DNA from: an uncultured delta proteobacterium
GTDB lineage: Bacteria > Desulfobacterota > WTBG01 > CAIYCZ01 > CAIRTM01
Assembly: GCA_963804955.1 (NCBI GenBank)
Contig: CAWDSQ010000030.1
Location: 160,001 to 224,000 of the forward strand
Reading direction: 5' to 3'
Length of the DNA: 64,000 nt
Shown: in pieces, positions 52,715 to 64,000 of the stretch
Numbering within the stretch: the first letter of the stretch is position 1
How the letters are laid out: each line of letters starts with the position of its first letter
Program-made: the position numbers and the translations under genes
The notes under the pieces: generated by a model
Seen by the model: only the letters and a program-made list of their open reading frames with translations
Databases searched by the model: none
What the model was told of the DNA's origin: nothing

Positions 52715-53855
52715 TTATGCTCTGAAATACCATCCCCGCCGATCCATCAGATACAGCACCAGCCACCATGCCGCAAGATAGCATGCGGCATGCGCAAACG
52801 AGCTTATATCGGTGCGGCCCATCCATGAGGCAAACAGCCGGTCATACAGCCAGAACCAGAGATGTATCGCCTGGCCATCCCTTGTGATGGCGACCGTCAG
52901 CAGTATGCGGGCGGCAATACCCGAGGCGAAAAATAAGAACAGAGCATTGCGCCCCATGATTTGAAAAAACATGCCGGGGCGGCGAAAGTCCCGCACTTCC
53001 AGCAGTTCATGGCAGAGTGCGAAAACCAGAGCGGCCCAGCCTGCCGATACCAGCACATAGGGCACGCTCCAGAGATCCTTGCAGATCGGCTGCCAGAGGC
53101 TTGCAGCAGAGCCGCAGACCAGCACTATGATTCCGGCGCAGACAAGCAGGAGAGACGTTTTTGACGTATGTGGCGACTGTCGCAGAAAGAGTCCTGCCTT
53201 GTAGCCGAGCAGCGCCGTGGCCAGCGCGGATACTGAGCTGAACAGCCCCTCCGGATCAAGCCCTCCGTCATACAGGTGGGGCGCACCGAGAAGCAGCCTG
53301 TCTATGATAAGGGCGGGATTGTTTTCCGGCGACAGGCTGCCTGGAAAACCCGCAAGCACTGCCCCGTATCCGACAAGCAGCAGGGCAATTGTCAGCCACA
53401 GCAGCCGTTCAGACAGCAAGACAATGCAGAGGCTTGCGGCACAATAGACAAGAGCTATGCGCTGCAGTACGCCCATGATGCGCAGGGTGCTGAAGTCGGG
53501 AGGTGCGGCATAGATGATCCATTGCAGCAGGCCGGGGAAGGCGTTCAGGAAAAGTCCCAGCAGGAAAAGAATCAGCGTTCTGCGCAGAATCCGGATGAAA
53601 AAATTCAGCGGCAGCCTGCCGGTATGTGCTGTGCCGGCAAGGGAAAAGGACTGCGAGGCGCCGACGGCAAAAAGAAAAAAGGGGAAAACAAGATCCGCAA
53701 GGCCGTAGCCGGTCCAGCCCGCATGCCGCAGCCAGCGGGAACATGTGCTGCCATGAGCCGGGATTATTGACCAGCACCATGCCGGCAATGGCAATGCCGC
53801 GCAGCATGTCAAGACTGCCAAGGCGGCCGGGGATTGGTTGTGTGCTATCGGGCAT
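52715..53855 (-). CDS. HGSNAT/DUF5009-like membrane acyltransferase, frameshifted
   Basis: RLGSLDMLRGIAIAGMVLVNNPGSW, HAGWTG..ADLVFPFFLF, GVLQRIA and DPEG. Confidence 0.85.
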
Positions 53856-54094
53856 AGTGAGAGCTGCCGCCGTTGTTTTTTAAGGATAGTGCTCAGAAGC
53901 AAATCTAGCCGCATTGCAAACAATTGGCAATGGTTTTTCAACAAGGGAAAAAGCACGGAAATGGGCAGCTGTGAAAATAAGCGGGAGGGGCGGGAAAAAA
54001 GAAACGTGAACGTTGCATATGTACAGGTCTCAGCAGGTGCCGGGACTTTAGAACGCAGTATATGCCGGGGCTGCGCGGCATTAAGCCATGGGGG

Positions 54095-54945
54095 TTAGTT
54101 TGTCTTTACAACAATATTGTCAATAAGCCGTGTTTTACCGAAAAATACGGCAAGGGCTACAACCGCATCCCGCCGTATATGGGTGACGTCTTCAAGCGTT
54201 TCAAGATCACAGACTTTTATGTAATCGATTTTTGCCAGCGGCTCTGCGCTGATATGTCTGCCAGACATGCCGGCTGAGCTTGAGCGCGTCGTGCTCTCCC
54301 TGCGCGCACATGTCCCGGATTTCAAAAAGCGACCGTGAGAGAACCAGCGCCGCTGTGCGCTCTTCGGCTGAGAGATATTTATTTCGTGAGCTCATGGCAA
54401 GCCCGTCGGGCTCGCGGACAATGGGCGCTCCGATGATCTCAATATCCACGTCAAGATCGCGCACCATGCGCCGGATGACCTGCAGCTGCTGAAAATCCTT
54501 CTCCCCGAAGACGGCAACATGAGGTTTTGTTGCATTGAAGAGCTTGGTCACAACCGTGGTCACGCCTTCAAAATGCGTCGGCCGCGTTATGCCGCAGAGA
54601 TGCTGCGTCAGCTTGTCTACCCGGACAGCTGTCTGATAGCCTTCCGGGTACATCTCTTCAGGCGTGGGCGCGTACACGCAGTCAGCGCCCTGCCGAGGTG
54701 ACAAGCTTCACATCGCGTTCCATGTCGCGGGGATAGGTTGTATAATCTTCCGTCGGTCCGAACTGCGTGGGGTTGACAAAGATCGTTACAATCACCGTAT
54801 CGGCATGCTCTTTTGCAAGGCGCACGAGACTTAAATGCCCCTCATGCAGATAGCCCATGGTGGGCACGACCGCAACGCGTTGTTGCTGCTGGCGCCGGGC
54901 ATCGCTGTAGCGCTGCATCTCTTGAACGGATTGTATGATCTGCAT
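54095..54945 (-). CDS. panC: Pantoate-beta-alanine ligase, frameshifted
   Basis: [42 protein letters not shown] and RLIDN. Confidence 0.95.
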
Positions 54946-54953
54946 ACGGCCTC

Positions 54954-55757
54954 TTATTTAAATGAAAATTCTTCTGAGGGGAATGCGCCCGACTGTACTT
55001 CGTCAACATACTCGGCAACCGCTTTTTTGATGATGTCTTCAAGCTGCACGTACTGCTTCACAAATTTTGGCCTGAATTTACCTGACAGCCCGAGCAGGTC
55101 GTTTATCACCAGCACCTGGCCGTCGCAGTCGGCGCCCGCGCCGATGCCGATGGTCGGAATGGTAAGCGCTGCGGTAATATCGCGGGCAAGGCTTGCAGGC
55201 ACACCCTCGAGAACGACGGCAAAAGCCCCGGCCCTCTCAACAGCCTGCGCATCGGCCATAAGTTTCTGGCGCTGATGCTCCTCTTTGCCCTGCACCTTGT
55301 AGCCGCCCATGCGATGGATCGACTGTGGTGTCAGGCCGATATGGCCCATAACGGGAATATCGATGCGGGTGAGTGCGCTGATGACGTCTTCGGTGTTTTC
55401 TCCGCCTTCGACCTTGACCGCTTCTGCGCCGCCTTCCTTTAATAAGGATGCCGGCATTGCGCCGCGCCTCTTTAAGCGAGACCTGGTAGGACATGAACGG
55501 CATATCGGCAACCACCAGCGCCTGCCTGCGGCCGCGCGCCACAGCCTGCACATGGTGAAGCATGTCCGGCATGGTCACCGGGCAGGGTATTTTCAAGGCC
55601 CATAACCGCGTTGCCGACGGAATCGCCCACCAGCAGTATGTCAACATTGCACCCGTCAAGTATGCGGGCGATCTGGCAGTCGTAGGCAGTGAGCATGCAT
55701 GATTTTTCTGCCCTCATTTTTGAAACGCTGAATGTCAAGAATGGTGATTTTTTTCAT
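54954..55757 (-). CDS. panB: 3-methyl-2-oxobutanoate hydroxymethyltransferase, frameshifted
   Basis: [34 protein letters not shown] and CDGQVLV. Confidence 0.95.
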
Positions 55758-55770
55758 GCGATACTCCTGC

Positions 55771-56220
55771 TCAGTGGATTGTTGCCTTGGGCTCCATGCG
55801 GTCGAACATATCGTCCAGTTCATCGACCATCTTGTCTGCTATTGCACTGTTTACAAAAACCGGGCATTTCATGCGGACGGCAAGAGCCATGGCATCGCTC
55901 GGGCGCGAGTCTATTTCATAGGTTGTGCCGTCAAGGGCAAGATAGATGATGGCAAAAAAGGTATTGTCGCGCAGATCGGTTATCACAATTCGCTCAACAG
56001 TAGCGTTGAGCTGCGTGATAATGCCGGCCATGAGGTCGTGGGTGAGGGGCCTCGGGGTCCATGTCTGCTCAAGTCCCAGGGTTATGGAGCCTCCTTCGAA
56101 CTGACCGACCCATATGGTGAGCACGCGGCCCGTTGCCCGGTCAACCAGCACCACCCGGTATTGACCGGCATTGAAGTCAGGCGTACACTCCTTTATAATG
56201 ACTTCGATCAGCTTTTCCAT
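55771..56220 (-). CDS. Bifunctional nuclease family (DUF151) protein
   Basis: PRPLTHDL and IDSRPSDAMALAVR. Confidence 0.9.
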   Translation of the reverse strand: MEKLIEVIIKECTPDFNAGQYRVVLVDRATGRVLTIWVGQFEGGSITLGLEQTWTPRPLTHDLMAGIITQLNATVERIVITDLRDNTFFAIIYLALDGTTYEIDSRPSDAMALAVRMKCPVFVNSAIADKMVDELDDMFDRMEPKATIH

Positions 56221-57019
56221 TGCAGTGTCTTTCTGTGTATGCGTGCCGCACGTTGTGCAGCCATGCTTTCATATACCTGAGTAATGTACTATAAAATAAC
56301 GGATCGTGCAAAAAAATGTTACCGTGCTGCAGTCGGACAGGTGCGACGGCCGTTCTGATTTCTTTTGAACCTGAACGCAGTTTTTTTACCCGCATCCTTC
56401 AGGGGATATGTGATAAGCCGGTATCTCTTGAAAAGTTGCTGTGCTGCTGCCTGCAGCGCTCAGGAAAACAAGCATAGGAACCAGCGCACCTTTGCCACCG
56501 CATCCTGCAATGGCGTTTTTTTATTACAGCCATCCGTTCGTGCTGAAGCATGCAGGATAGTCGTGGCCTGCTGCACGCAGCATGATTTCTTGCACCAGCT
56601 TGTATTTTTTTATAAGAAAAGTCTCCTGTTTGCAGAATTTTATTTATTAAAATTTATAAAATAAATATATTTTTATTATTTTTTATATTTTAAACTTAAT
56701 TTAATGGCTAGTTATTTTTGATGCAAGCTATAAAAATATATTGACGTAATCCAAGAAGTATAATATTTTTTATTTTTCACCAATAGAGGTTTGACTCTTG
56801 AAGGAGAGCTGATAGTACCCAGCCCGCTGAAATAACCACTTCATGAGCGCTGAGAGCATTGATAACCACATACGTTTTCTGCATCTGGCCCGTGCCGGTC
56901 ATTTTCTTGCACGCACGTGTCTCTCATCTCTCTCGGGCAAAAAGGAAACGCTTTAGCCGAATGGCATGCTAGCCTTTGCTCCTTCAGTACGTGCTGCTCA
57001 AATAAGTTGTATTTTATTG

Positions 57020-57048
57020 TTGTATTAAGTTACAAATCCTGTTAACAT
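57020..57048 (+). promoter_or_regulatory. sigma70-like promoter for the tRNA-tuf operon
   Basis: TTGTAT, 17 bp, TAACAT, ending 11 bp before the first tRNA; AT-rich upstream. Confidence 0.5.
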
Positions 57049-57059
57049 TTTAAGATTAT

Positions 57060-57131
57060 GCTGGCGTAGCTCAATGGCAGAGCAGCTGATTTGTAATCAG
57101 CAGGTTGCGGGTTCAAATCCCATCGCCAGCT
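57060..57131 (+). tRNA. tRNA-Thr(TGT)
   Basis: Acceptor GCTGGCG/CGCCAGC; anticodon arm GCTGA-TTTGTAA-TCAGC; CCA not encoded. Confidence 0.95.
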
Positions 57132-57154
57132 TGCTATTGGCTGATACGCATTTT

Positions 57155-57239
57155 GGTGAGGTACCCGAGTGGCCAAAGGGGGCAGACTGTAAATCTGCTG
57201 GCGATGCCTACGAAGGTTCGAATCCTTCCCTCACCACCA
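57155..57239 (+). tRNA. tRNA-Tyr(GTA)
   Basis: GCAGA-CTGTAAA-TCTGC, long variable arm, encoded CCA. Confidence 0.97.
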
Positions 57240-57253
57240 GATTTATTTTATGG

Positions 57254-57330
57254 GCGGGAGTAGCTCAGCTGGCTAGAGCATCAGCCTTCCAAGCTGAGGG
57301 TCGCGGGTTCGAATCCCGTTTCCCGCTCCA
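57254..57330 (+). tRNA. tRNA-Gly(TCC)
   Basis: TCAGC-CTTCCAA-GCTGA, encoded CCA. Confidence 0.97.
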
Positions 57331-57348
57331 TGTGCGATACGCAAAGCG

Positions 57349-57425
57349 GCCCACGTAGCTCAGTAGGTAGAGCACTTCCTTGGTAAGGAAGAGGTTCACC
57401 GGTTCAAGCCCGGTCGTGGGCTCCA
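57349..57425 (+). tRNA. tRNA-Thr(GGT)
   Basis: TTCC-TTGGTAA-GGAA, encoded CCA. Confidence 0.95.
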
Positions 57426-57508
57426 TATTGCTTGATTTATAGCTATCAACAACATACGCACGAGCAATTAAAATAAATATAAAAACATATTCTTTTAGGA
57501 GGATAGCG

Positions 57509-58705
57509 ATGGCAAAGAAGAAATTCGAGAGAACCAAGCCGCATGTGAATATAGGGACGATCGGGCACGTTGATCACGGCAAGACGACGCTGACCTCGGC
57601 AATCACGAGGTATCTGGCGATGAAGGGCCAGGCGGCGAAGATGGATTTTGATCAGATCGACAAGGCGCCGGAGGAGAAAGAGCGCGGCGTTACGATATCG
57701 ATAGCGCACATTGAGTATGAGACAGCAAAGCGGCACTATGCGCATATCGACTGTCCGGGCCATGCCGATTATATCAAGAACATGATAACGGGCGCAGCGC
57801 AGATGGACGGCGCGGTGCTGGTCGTGAGCGCGGCTGACGGACCGATGCCCCAGACGCGGGAGCACATACTGCTTGCCCGTCAGGTGCGCGTGCCCAGCAT
57901 GGTGGTATTTCTCAACAAAGTTGACATGGTTGATGATCCCGAGCTGCTGGAGCTGGTTGATCTTGAGATACGGGAGCTGTTGAGCAAGTATGAGTTTCCG
58001 GGCGATGATACGCCGATTATTAAGGGAAGCGCGTTGAAGGCAATGCAGGCCCCTGAGGATGTAAAGCTTGATGAGTACAAGTGCATACAGGAGCTGCTTG
58101 ATGCCTGCGACAGTTTTATACCTGATCCGGTGCGGGACATTGACAAGCCGTTTCTGATGCCGGTGGAGGACGTGTTCACGATATCGGGCCGTGGAACGGT
58201 TGTGACGGGCAGGATTGAGCGCGGCCTGGTGAAGGTGAACGAGGAAGTTGAGATCGTGGGTTTTCGGGATACGCAGAAGACGGTATGTACGGGCGTGGAG
58301 ATGTTCCGCAAGATTCTTGATCAGGGGCAGGCCGGAGATAATGTCGGGCTGCTGCTGCGGGGCACCAAGCGTGATGATGTAGAGCGGGGGCAGGTCGTGG
58401 CAAAGCCGGGATCGATAACGCCGCATACGAAGTTCAAGGCGCAGGTGTATATTCTGGGCAAGGAAGAGGGCGGGAGGCATACGCCGTTTTTCAATAATTA
58501 CCGGCCGCAGTTTTACTTTCGGACGACGGATGTGACCGGGATGGTGCATCTGCCCGAAGGCGTCGAGATGGTGATGCCGGGAGACAATGTGGCAATGGAA
58601 GTGGAGCTTATCACGCCGATAGCGATGGAGAAGGAACTGCGCTTTGCGATACGCGAAGGCGGCAGAACGGTTGGCGCCGGCGTTATCAGTGATATAATTG
58701 CGTAA
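57509..58705 (+). CDS. tuf: Elongation factor Tu
   Basis: [17 protein letters not shown] and [10 protein letters not shown]. Confidence 0.99.
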   Translation: MAKKKFERTKPHVNIGTIGHVDHGKTTLTSAITRYLAMKGQAAKMDFDQIDKAPEEKERGVTISIAHIEYETAKRHYAHIDCPGHADYIKNMITGAAQMDGAVLVVSAADGPMPQTREHILLARQVRVPSMVVFLNKVDMVDDPELLELVDLEIRELLSKYEFPGDDTPIIKGSALKAMQAPEDVKLDEYKCIQELLDACDSFIPDPVRDIDKPFLMPVEDVFTISGRGTVVTGRIERGLVKVNEEVEIVGFRDTQKTVCTGVEMFRKILDQGQAGDNVGLLLRGTKRDDVERGQVVAKPGSITPHTKFKAQVYILGKEEGGRHTPFFNNYRPQFYFRTTDVTGMVHLPEGVEMVMPGDNVAMEVELITPIAMEKELRFAIREGGRTVGAGVISDIIA

Positions 58706-58728
58706 TCTGTTTTGACGGGTTGTGAGCC

Positions 58729-58878
58729 ATGAGAGATATAGTAACGCTGTTGTGTTCGCAGTGCAAGCGCAAGAACTACAATACGACGAAGAATAAAAAG
58801 AAAACGACGGGCAAGCTTGAGTTTAAAAAATACTGCCGTTCTTGCCACTCGCATACAGTGCATAAAGAAGGCAAGTAG
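58729..58878 (+). CDS. rpmG: 50S ribosomal protein L33 (Zn-ribbon type)
   Basis: Manual translation MRDIVTLLCSQCKRKNYNTTKNKKKTTGKLEFKKYCRSCHSHTVHKEGK. Confidence 0.97.
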   Translation: MRDIVTLLCSQCKRKNYNTTKNKKKTTGKLEFKKYCRSCHSHTVHKEGK

Positions 58879-58935
58879 TGCAAGCATTGACAGGAGCTTT
58901 GTGCCTCGGTAGGCAACGCCCATTATACTATGTAC

Positions 58936-59012
58936 AGGCCAGTAGCTCTAACGGCTAGAGCACCGGACTCCAAATCCGGGGGCTGAGGGTTCGAATCCCC
59001 CCTGGCCTGCCA
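58936..59012 (+). tRNA. tRNA-Trp(CCA)
   Basis: CCGGA-CTCCAAA-TCCGG; canonical position before secE. Confidence 0.95.
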
Positions 59013-59035
59013 TACTACTTAAAAAAGGTGGATGA

Positions 59036-59236
59036 GTGGATTTCAAAGGCTTGATTGAAAAGACCAGACAGTTTTACCATGAGGTTCGGGTTGAGCTGAA
59101 AAAAATTTCCTGGCCGCCCCGCAAGGAAACGATGGCCTCCACATCGGTGGTGCTTATTATTGTGGTGATCGTTTCGTGCTTTTTGGGCCTTGTTGATCTG
59201 GGGCTTTCCAAGATTATAAACTCAATTCTGAGCTGA
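59036..59236 (+). CDS. secE: Preprotein translocase SecE
   Basis: ELKKISWPPRKE plus one TM segment. Confidence 0.95.
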   Translation: MDFKGLIEKTRQFYHEVRVELKKISWPPRKETMASTSVVLIIVVIVSCFLGLVDLGLSKIINSILS

Positions 59237-59243
59237 GGCCTCC

Positions 59244-59792
59244 ATGTCGAAAAAGTGGTATGTGGTTCACACGTATTCGGGCTATGAGAACAAAGTTAAG
59301 GAAATGCTTGATGAGCGTATCAAGGCCTACAAGATGGAGGACTCTTTTGGTGAAGTCCTGATACCTACAGAGGATGTCGAGGAGATCGTTCGCGGCAAAA
59401 AAGGCGATAAGCAGGTCAAGAAAACGACGCGAAAGTTTTTCCCCGGGTATGTTCTTGTTCAGGTCGATATGAATAATGAAACGTGGCACCTTGTGCGCAA
59501 TACGCCGCGGGTGACCGGTTTTATAGGCGGGAAAATAAGGCCTATCCCGATTCCGGATGACAGCGTCGATGACATGATCGGTAAAATCAGGGAGGGGAAG
59601 CTTCGCCCCAAAGTGATGATGAATTTTGAAAAGGGCGATGACGTAGCGATCATCGAGGGTCCGTTTGCAAGTTTTAACGGTGTTGTCGAAGATGTGAAGC
59701 CGGAAAAAGCGCGATTAAAGGTTCTGATAAGCATATTCGGACGTCAAACACCAATTGAGCTTGAATACTCGCAGGTTAAAAAGATTAATTGA
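59244..59792 (+). CDS. nusG: Transcription factor NusG
   Basis: WYVVHTYSGYE, FPGYVLV and KOW motif GPFASF. Confidence 0.98.
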   Translation: MSKKWYVVHTYSGYENKVKEMLDERIKAYKMEDSFGEVLIPTEDVEEIVRGKKGDKQVKKTTRKFFPGYVLVQVDMNNETWHLVRNTPRVTGFIGGKIRPIPIPDDSVDDMIGKIREGKLRPKVMMNFEKGDDVAIIEGPFASFNGVVEDVKPEKARLKVLISIFGRQTPIELEYSQVKKIN

Positions 59793-59822
59793 AAAAGCAC
59801 GGTGTAGAGAAAAGGGATTTTT

Positions 59823-60248
59823 ATGGCTAAAAAAATAATGACTCAGATTAAATTGCAGATTCCTGCGGGGAAGGCCAATCCATCTCCGCCCGTTGGCCCG
59901 GCGCTCGGTCAGCATGGGGTCAATATCATGGAGTTCTGCAAAGCATATAACGCGCGCACTGCAGACAAAGAAGGACTGATTGTACCGGTTGTTATTACGG
60001 TCTATGCCGACAGGTCTTTTTCTTTTATCACGAAGACCCCTCCCGCATCAGTTCTTTTGAAAAAAGCTGCGGGCATCGTTAAAGGGTCTGGCGAGCCGAA
60101 TAAAAATAAGGTCGGCAAGGTTACCGGGGTTCAGGTCCGTGAAATTGCCCAGGCTAAGATGCCGGACTTGAACTGCAATGATCTTGACATGGCCGTTCGA
60201 ATCGTTGAGGGTACAGCTCGTAGCATGGGCATTGAAATCGCAAACTAA
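59823..60248 (+). CDS. rplK: 50S ribosomal protein L11
   Basis: [15 protein letters not shown]. Confidence 0.99.
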   Translation: MAKKIMTQIKLQIPAGKANPSPPVGPALGQHGVNIMEFCKAYNARTADKEGLIVPVVITVYADRSFSFITKTPPASVLLKKAAGIVKGSGEPNKNKVGKVTGVQVREIAQAKMPDLNCNDLDMAVRIVEGTARSMGIEIAN

Positions 60249-60281
60249 AGTAATGCTTTTTTAGAGTCAGGGTGAACTTAT

Positions 60282-60980
60282 ATGGCACAACATGGCAAAA
60301 AGTACGAACTGGCCCTCGGAAGGGTCGACCGCGGAAAACGATACGGCCTGATGGATGCTATCGGCCTGCTGAAAGATGCGGCATATGCAAAATTTGATGA
60401 GACTGTTGAGTTGGTGGTGCGTCTGGGCGTTGATCCGCGCAAATCCGACCAGATGGTTCGCGGCACCGTGCTGCTTCCCCATGGGATCGGGAAATCGGTC
60501 AAGGTGGTGGTTTTTGCAAAAGGGGAAAAAGAGAAGGAGGCACGCGATGCCGGTGCTGACTATGTAGGCGCAGAGGATCTGGTGGAGAAGATTTCAGGGG
60601 GCTGGCTCGACTTTGACCGTGCTGTTGCAACCCCGGATCTTATGGGGCTTGTCGGCCGCATAGCAAAGGTTCTCGGGCCGCGCGGCCTGATGCCCAATCC
60701 AAAGCTCGGAACGGTTACCCAGAATGTGAAAGACACAGTTGAAGATTTAAAGAAGGGTAAAGTCGAGTTCAGAACGGACAAGGCCGGCAATCTGCATGTT
60801 TCGGTGGGCAAAAAGTCTTTTGATGATCAGAAGCTTTTTGACAATATTTTAGCACTTATTGATACCGTCAATCGCCTGAAGCCGGCGACCAGCAAAGGGC
60901 ATTATCTGAAGAATATCGTGCTTACTTCCACCATGGGCCCCGGGATCAAGGTGGACGTTGGATCATTGAAGGCCAACTGA
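60282..60980 (+). CDS. rplA: 50S ribosomal protein L1
   Basis: [18 protein letters not shown] and STMGPG. Confidence 0.99.
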   Translation: MAQHGKKYELALGRVDRGKRYGLMDAIGLLKDAAYAKFDETVELVVRLGVDPRKSDQMVRGTVLLPHGIGKSVKVVVFAKGEKEKEARDAGADYVGAEDLVEKISGGWLDFDRAVATPDLMGLVGRIAKVLGPRGLMPNPKLGTVTQNVKDTVEDLKKGKVEFRTDKAGNLHVSVGKKSFDDQKLFDNILALIDTVNRLKPATSKGHYLKNIVLTSTMGPGIKVDVGSLKAN

Positions 60981-61013
60981 TAACACGTAACCATTTATTT
61001 TCAAAGTTGATAG

Positions 61014-61547
61014 GTGACAGCCGTGGGTAGACGAGAACGAGAAGAAGCAGTAGCAGTACTGTCAAAACGGGTTCAGGATACAAAAGGCCTGATTGTGCTT
61101 GACTATCAGGGATTGAATGTTGAAAAGGTGACGAGCCTTCGCAAGCAGATTCGTGAAGCAGGCTGCGAGATGAAGGTTGCCAAAAACACACTCATGCGGC
61201 TGGCCACAAAGGACACCGTGTTCGAGCCTCTGCATGATCAGCTCGTAGGGCAGATGGCCGTTACCTTCATCGACGGTGATCCTGCGATGGTGGCGAAAGT
61301 TATTACAAAATTTCTCAAGGATAACCCCGATACGCCGCTGAAGGTTAAATCGGGCATGCTTGAAAAAATGGTGCTTAACCAAAAGGCTATTGAGCAGTTG
61401 GGTAATTTGCCGAGCCGCGAGGTGCTGCTCGGGCAACTGCTTGGCACGATTGCCGCACCGCTTACGGGTTTTGTGACCGTCCTCTCAGATATTCCGCGCA
61501 AATTCCTGAGAGTGCTGATGGCCATTAAAGATACAAAGAGCAATTAA
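61014..61547 (+). CDS. rplJ: 50S ribosomal protein L10
   Basis: DYQGL, VAKNTL and LPSREVLL; the start may be GTG 61023. Confidence 0.96.
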   Translation: MTAVGRREREEAVAVLSKRVQDTKGLIVLDYQGLNVEKVTSLRKQIREAGCEMKVAKNTLMRLATKDTVFEPLHDQLVGQMAVTFIDGDPAMVAKVITKFLKDNPDTPLKVKSGMLEKMVLNQKAIEQLGNLPSREVLLGQLLGTIAAPLTGFVTVLSDIPRKFLRVLMAIKDTKSN

Positions 61548-61584
61548 CTTGAATCCATGTAACATTTAAACGTTTTAGGAGGTC

Positions 61585-61980
61585 ATGACAATGGCAGAGA
61601 TTACGAAAGACGAAGTGGTCAAGTTCATCGAAAATATGACAGTGCTTGAACTTGCTAACCTGATCAAGGAACTTGAAGATAAGTTCGGCGTTTCGGCCGC
61701 AGCTGTTGCTGCACCTATGGCTATGGCCATGGCCGGCGCAGCGGGCGCTGCCGCTCCGGCGGAAGAAAAGACGGAATTTGATGTCATCTTAACCAATGCT
61801 GGTGAAAAGCGCATCAATGTTATTAAGGCCGTCCGCGAAATTACCAACCTGGGACTTAAAGAAGCCAAGGACTTTGTCGATGCTTTACCCAAGGCCGTTA
61901 AGGAAGCGGTGTCGAAAAACGAAGCTGAAGACATTAAAAAGAAGCTTGAAGAAGCCGGTGCCACAGCAGAGGTAAAGTAG
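61585..61980 (+). CDS. rplL: 50S ribosomal protein L7/L12
   Basis: [10 protein letters not shown] and LGLKEAKD. Confidence 0.99.
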   Translation: MTMAEITKDEVVKFIENMTVLELANLIKELEDKFGVSAAAVAAPMAMAMAGAAGAAAPAEEKTEFDVILTNAGEKRINVIKAVREITNLGLKEAKDFVDALPKAVKEAVSKNEAEDIKKKLEEAGATAEVK

Positions 61981-62071
61981 TCTGCAGTTCGGGAATGACC
62001 GTACGTAACTGGCGCTATGATTGGGCAGAACATTTGTGCTGCCCATTTTCATTACAACAATGGGGTGTTGC

Positions 62072-64000
62072 ATGAGCAAAATTGGTGCACATAAACTGCG
62101 CTTTCGGAAGAACTTCGAGAAAATACCGGATATCATGAAGATCCCGAATCTGATTGATATCCAGAAAAAGTCCTACGAGAGTTTTTTGCAGCAGCACGTG
62201 CCGACGGAGCTGCGCGCAAACAGCGGCCTGCAGTGGGTGTTTAAGAGTGTTTTTCCCATAAAAAATTATAATGAAACGTCGTCTCTTGAATTTGTAAGCT
62301 ATGGCCTTGGCACGCCTAAATACGATATCGACGAGTGCCGTCAAAAGGAGCTTACCTATGCTTCTCCCCTCAAAGTGCTTATTCGTCTGGTGAATTATGA
62401 CCCTGAAACGAAAAATATCCGCGATATAAAAGAGCAGGAGGTCTATTTCGGGGAAATACCCCTGATGACCGAGACGGGCACGTTTGTCATCAACGGCACT
62501 GAACGGGTTGTTGTCAGCCAGCTGCATCGTTCCCCCGGCGTTTTTTATGATCATGATAAAGGCAAAAACCTTTCGAGCGGCAAGTTTCTCTATTCTGCAC
62601 GCCTGATACCGAGTCGCGGCTCCTGGATTGATCTTGAGTATGACTCCAAGGACATCATCTATGTGCGTATTGACCGCCGCCGCAAGTTTCCTGTCACGGT
62701 GCTTCTGAAGGCGCTCGGGTTCAGCAAAGAAGAACTGCTGCACTACTTCTATACTGTTGATGATGTGGTTGTTGAAGATGGCAAGCTGCGGCGCAGTATC
62801 CGTTCGCCCTTTTTTGAAGGCAGGGCGCATGGAGAAATTGTCCATGCAAAAACAAAGGCCGTCATCGTCAAGAAGGACAAGAAAATTACGCGGGCGCTTG
62901 CGAGGAAAATTCACGAGGCGGGAATCGAGTTCATCCCTGTGCTCCCGGAAGAGCTCAAAGACCTTATTGTTGCCGCCGATGTGCTGGATCCGCAGACGGG
63001 CGAGGTTGTTGCGGCCTGCAATGACGTGATCACCGATGAGATTCTGGCTGCTATCATGCAGCGGGGCATAAAGAATTTCAAGATTCTTTTTATCGACAAC
63101 CTGCATATTGATGCATCATTGCGGGAGACGCTTCTGCTGGATAAAGCCAAGTCCGCTGATGATGCCATTGTTGAAATCTATAAGCGGCTTCGCCCCAATG
63201 ATCCGCCGAGTCAGGAAAGCGCAAATCTTTTTTTCCACAAGCTTTTTTTCGACCAGGAGTATTATGAGTTAACCGAGGTCGGACGTATTAAAATCAACCA
63301 CCGCCTCAATCGCAAAACTCCGCTGGACATGCAGGTCCTTACCAAGGAGGACATCCTTGAGACCGTGCGCCTGCTGATTGAAATCAAGAACGGCCGCGGT
63401 GTGGTCGACGACATAGACCATCTGGGCAATCGCCGCGTACGAACGGTCGGCGAGCTGATAGAAAACCATTACCGCATCGGACTGGTGCGCATGGAGCGCG
63501 CTATTAAAGAGCGCATGAGTCTGCAGGAAATCGAAACGCTCATGCCCAATGACCTGGTGAATTCCAAGATGGTGTCTGCCGTCATTAAGGAGTTTTTCGG
63601 GTCAAGCCAGCTTTCTCAGTTCATGGATCAGACAAATCCTCTTGCTGAAATCACCCATAAACGGCGCCTGAGTGCGCTTGGCCCCGGCGGGCTTACCCGG
63701 GAGCGTGCGGGTTTTGAGGTGCGTGACGTTCATCCCACGCACTACGGCCGCATCTGCCCGATCGAAACGCCGGAAGGACCCAATATCGGCCTCATCGCAT
63801 CGCTGTCAACCTATGCCCGCGTGAACGGGTACGGTTTCATTGAAACGCCCTACCGCAAGGTTGAGAAGGGGCGCGTGACCGATACCATCAGTTTTCTCAC
63901 AGCCCTTGATGAGGAAGAATACAGCATTGCGCAGGCCAATGCTCCTGTTGATGACAAGGGGCGTTTTAAAAACGCCCTGATACCCGCGCGCAAAGGCGGC
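62072..64000 (+). CDS. rpoB: RNA polymerase beta subunit, 5' part; runs off the window
   Basis: Manual translation [67 protein letters not shown] and [14 protein letters not shown]. Confidence 0.99.
   Translation, partial: MSKIGAHKLRFRKNFEKIPDIMKIPNLIDIQKKSYESFLQQHVPTELRANSGLQWVFKSVFPIKNYNETSSLEFVSYGLGTPKYDIDECRQKELTYASPLKVLIRLVNYDPETKNIRDIKEQEVYFGEIPLMTETGTFVINGTERVVVSQLHRSPGVFYDHDKGKNLSSGKFLYSARLIPSRGSWIDLEYDSKDIIYVRIDRRRKFPVTVLLKALGFSKEELLHYFYTVDDVVVEDGKLRRSIRSPFFEGRAHGEIVHAKTKAVIVKKDKKITRALARKIHEAGIEFIPVLPEELKDLIVAADVLDPQTGEVVAACNDVITDEILAAIMQRGIKNFKILFIDNLHIDASLRETLLLDKAKSADDAIVEIYKRLRPNDPPSQESANLFFHKLFFDQEYYELTEVGRIKINHRLNRKTPLDMQVLTKEDILETVRLLIEIKNGRGVVDDIDHLGNRRVRTVGELIENHYRIGLVRMERAIKERMSLQEIETLMPNDLVNSKMVSAVIKEFFGSSQLSQFMDQTNPLAEITHKRRLSALGPGGLTRERAGFEVRDVHPTHYGRICPIETPEGPNIGLIASLSTYARVNGYGFIETPYRKVEKGRVTDTISFLTALDEEEYSIAQANAPVDDKGRFKNALIPARKGG

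Overview
Bacterial chromosomal window, probably from an anaerobic deltaproteobacterium/Desulfobacterota-like organism (inferred from gene content only). Many genes in 0-22 kb and 49-56 kb carry single-base frameshifts that look like long-read consensus errors. Content in order: (1) envelope/secreted genes, 0-5 kb. (2) A sulfur-assimilation and Cys/Met region, 5.7-18.6 kb: cysK, aprA/aprB-like, siroheme sulfite reductase, cysD, truncated cysN, metY-metX-metW, Rrf2 regulator, second cysK, MA1821/MA1822-type homocysteine genes. It has a three-copy operator motif and a candidate Met/Cys-sensing leader-peptide attenuator in front of metY. (3) nadA. (4) A complex I-like operon, nuoD-H-I-J-K plus FOUR antiporter-like subunits, with no nuoABC/EFG and an apparently lengthened lateral helix. 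(5) A 12-gene, ~16.6-kb minus-strand biosynthetic cluster of unknown product (30.1-46.8 kb) with six radical-SAM enzymes (four cobalamin-binding, in two paralogous pairs; one SPASM-type; one TRAM-less MiaB-like), a GH3 acyl-adenylating enzyme, two GNAT-like proteins, a stand-alone HxxxDG condensation/acyltransferase, a sulfotransferase and a GT-C-like membrane protein. This is the best candidate for an undescribed system. (6) A toxin with a broken antitoxin and housekeeping genes (rlmN-like, phoH, panBC). (7) The tRNA-tuf-rpmG-secE-nusG-rplKAJL-rpoB core locus. No CRISPR array, rRNA, integrase, transposase or reverse transcriptase was seen.
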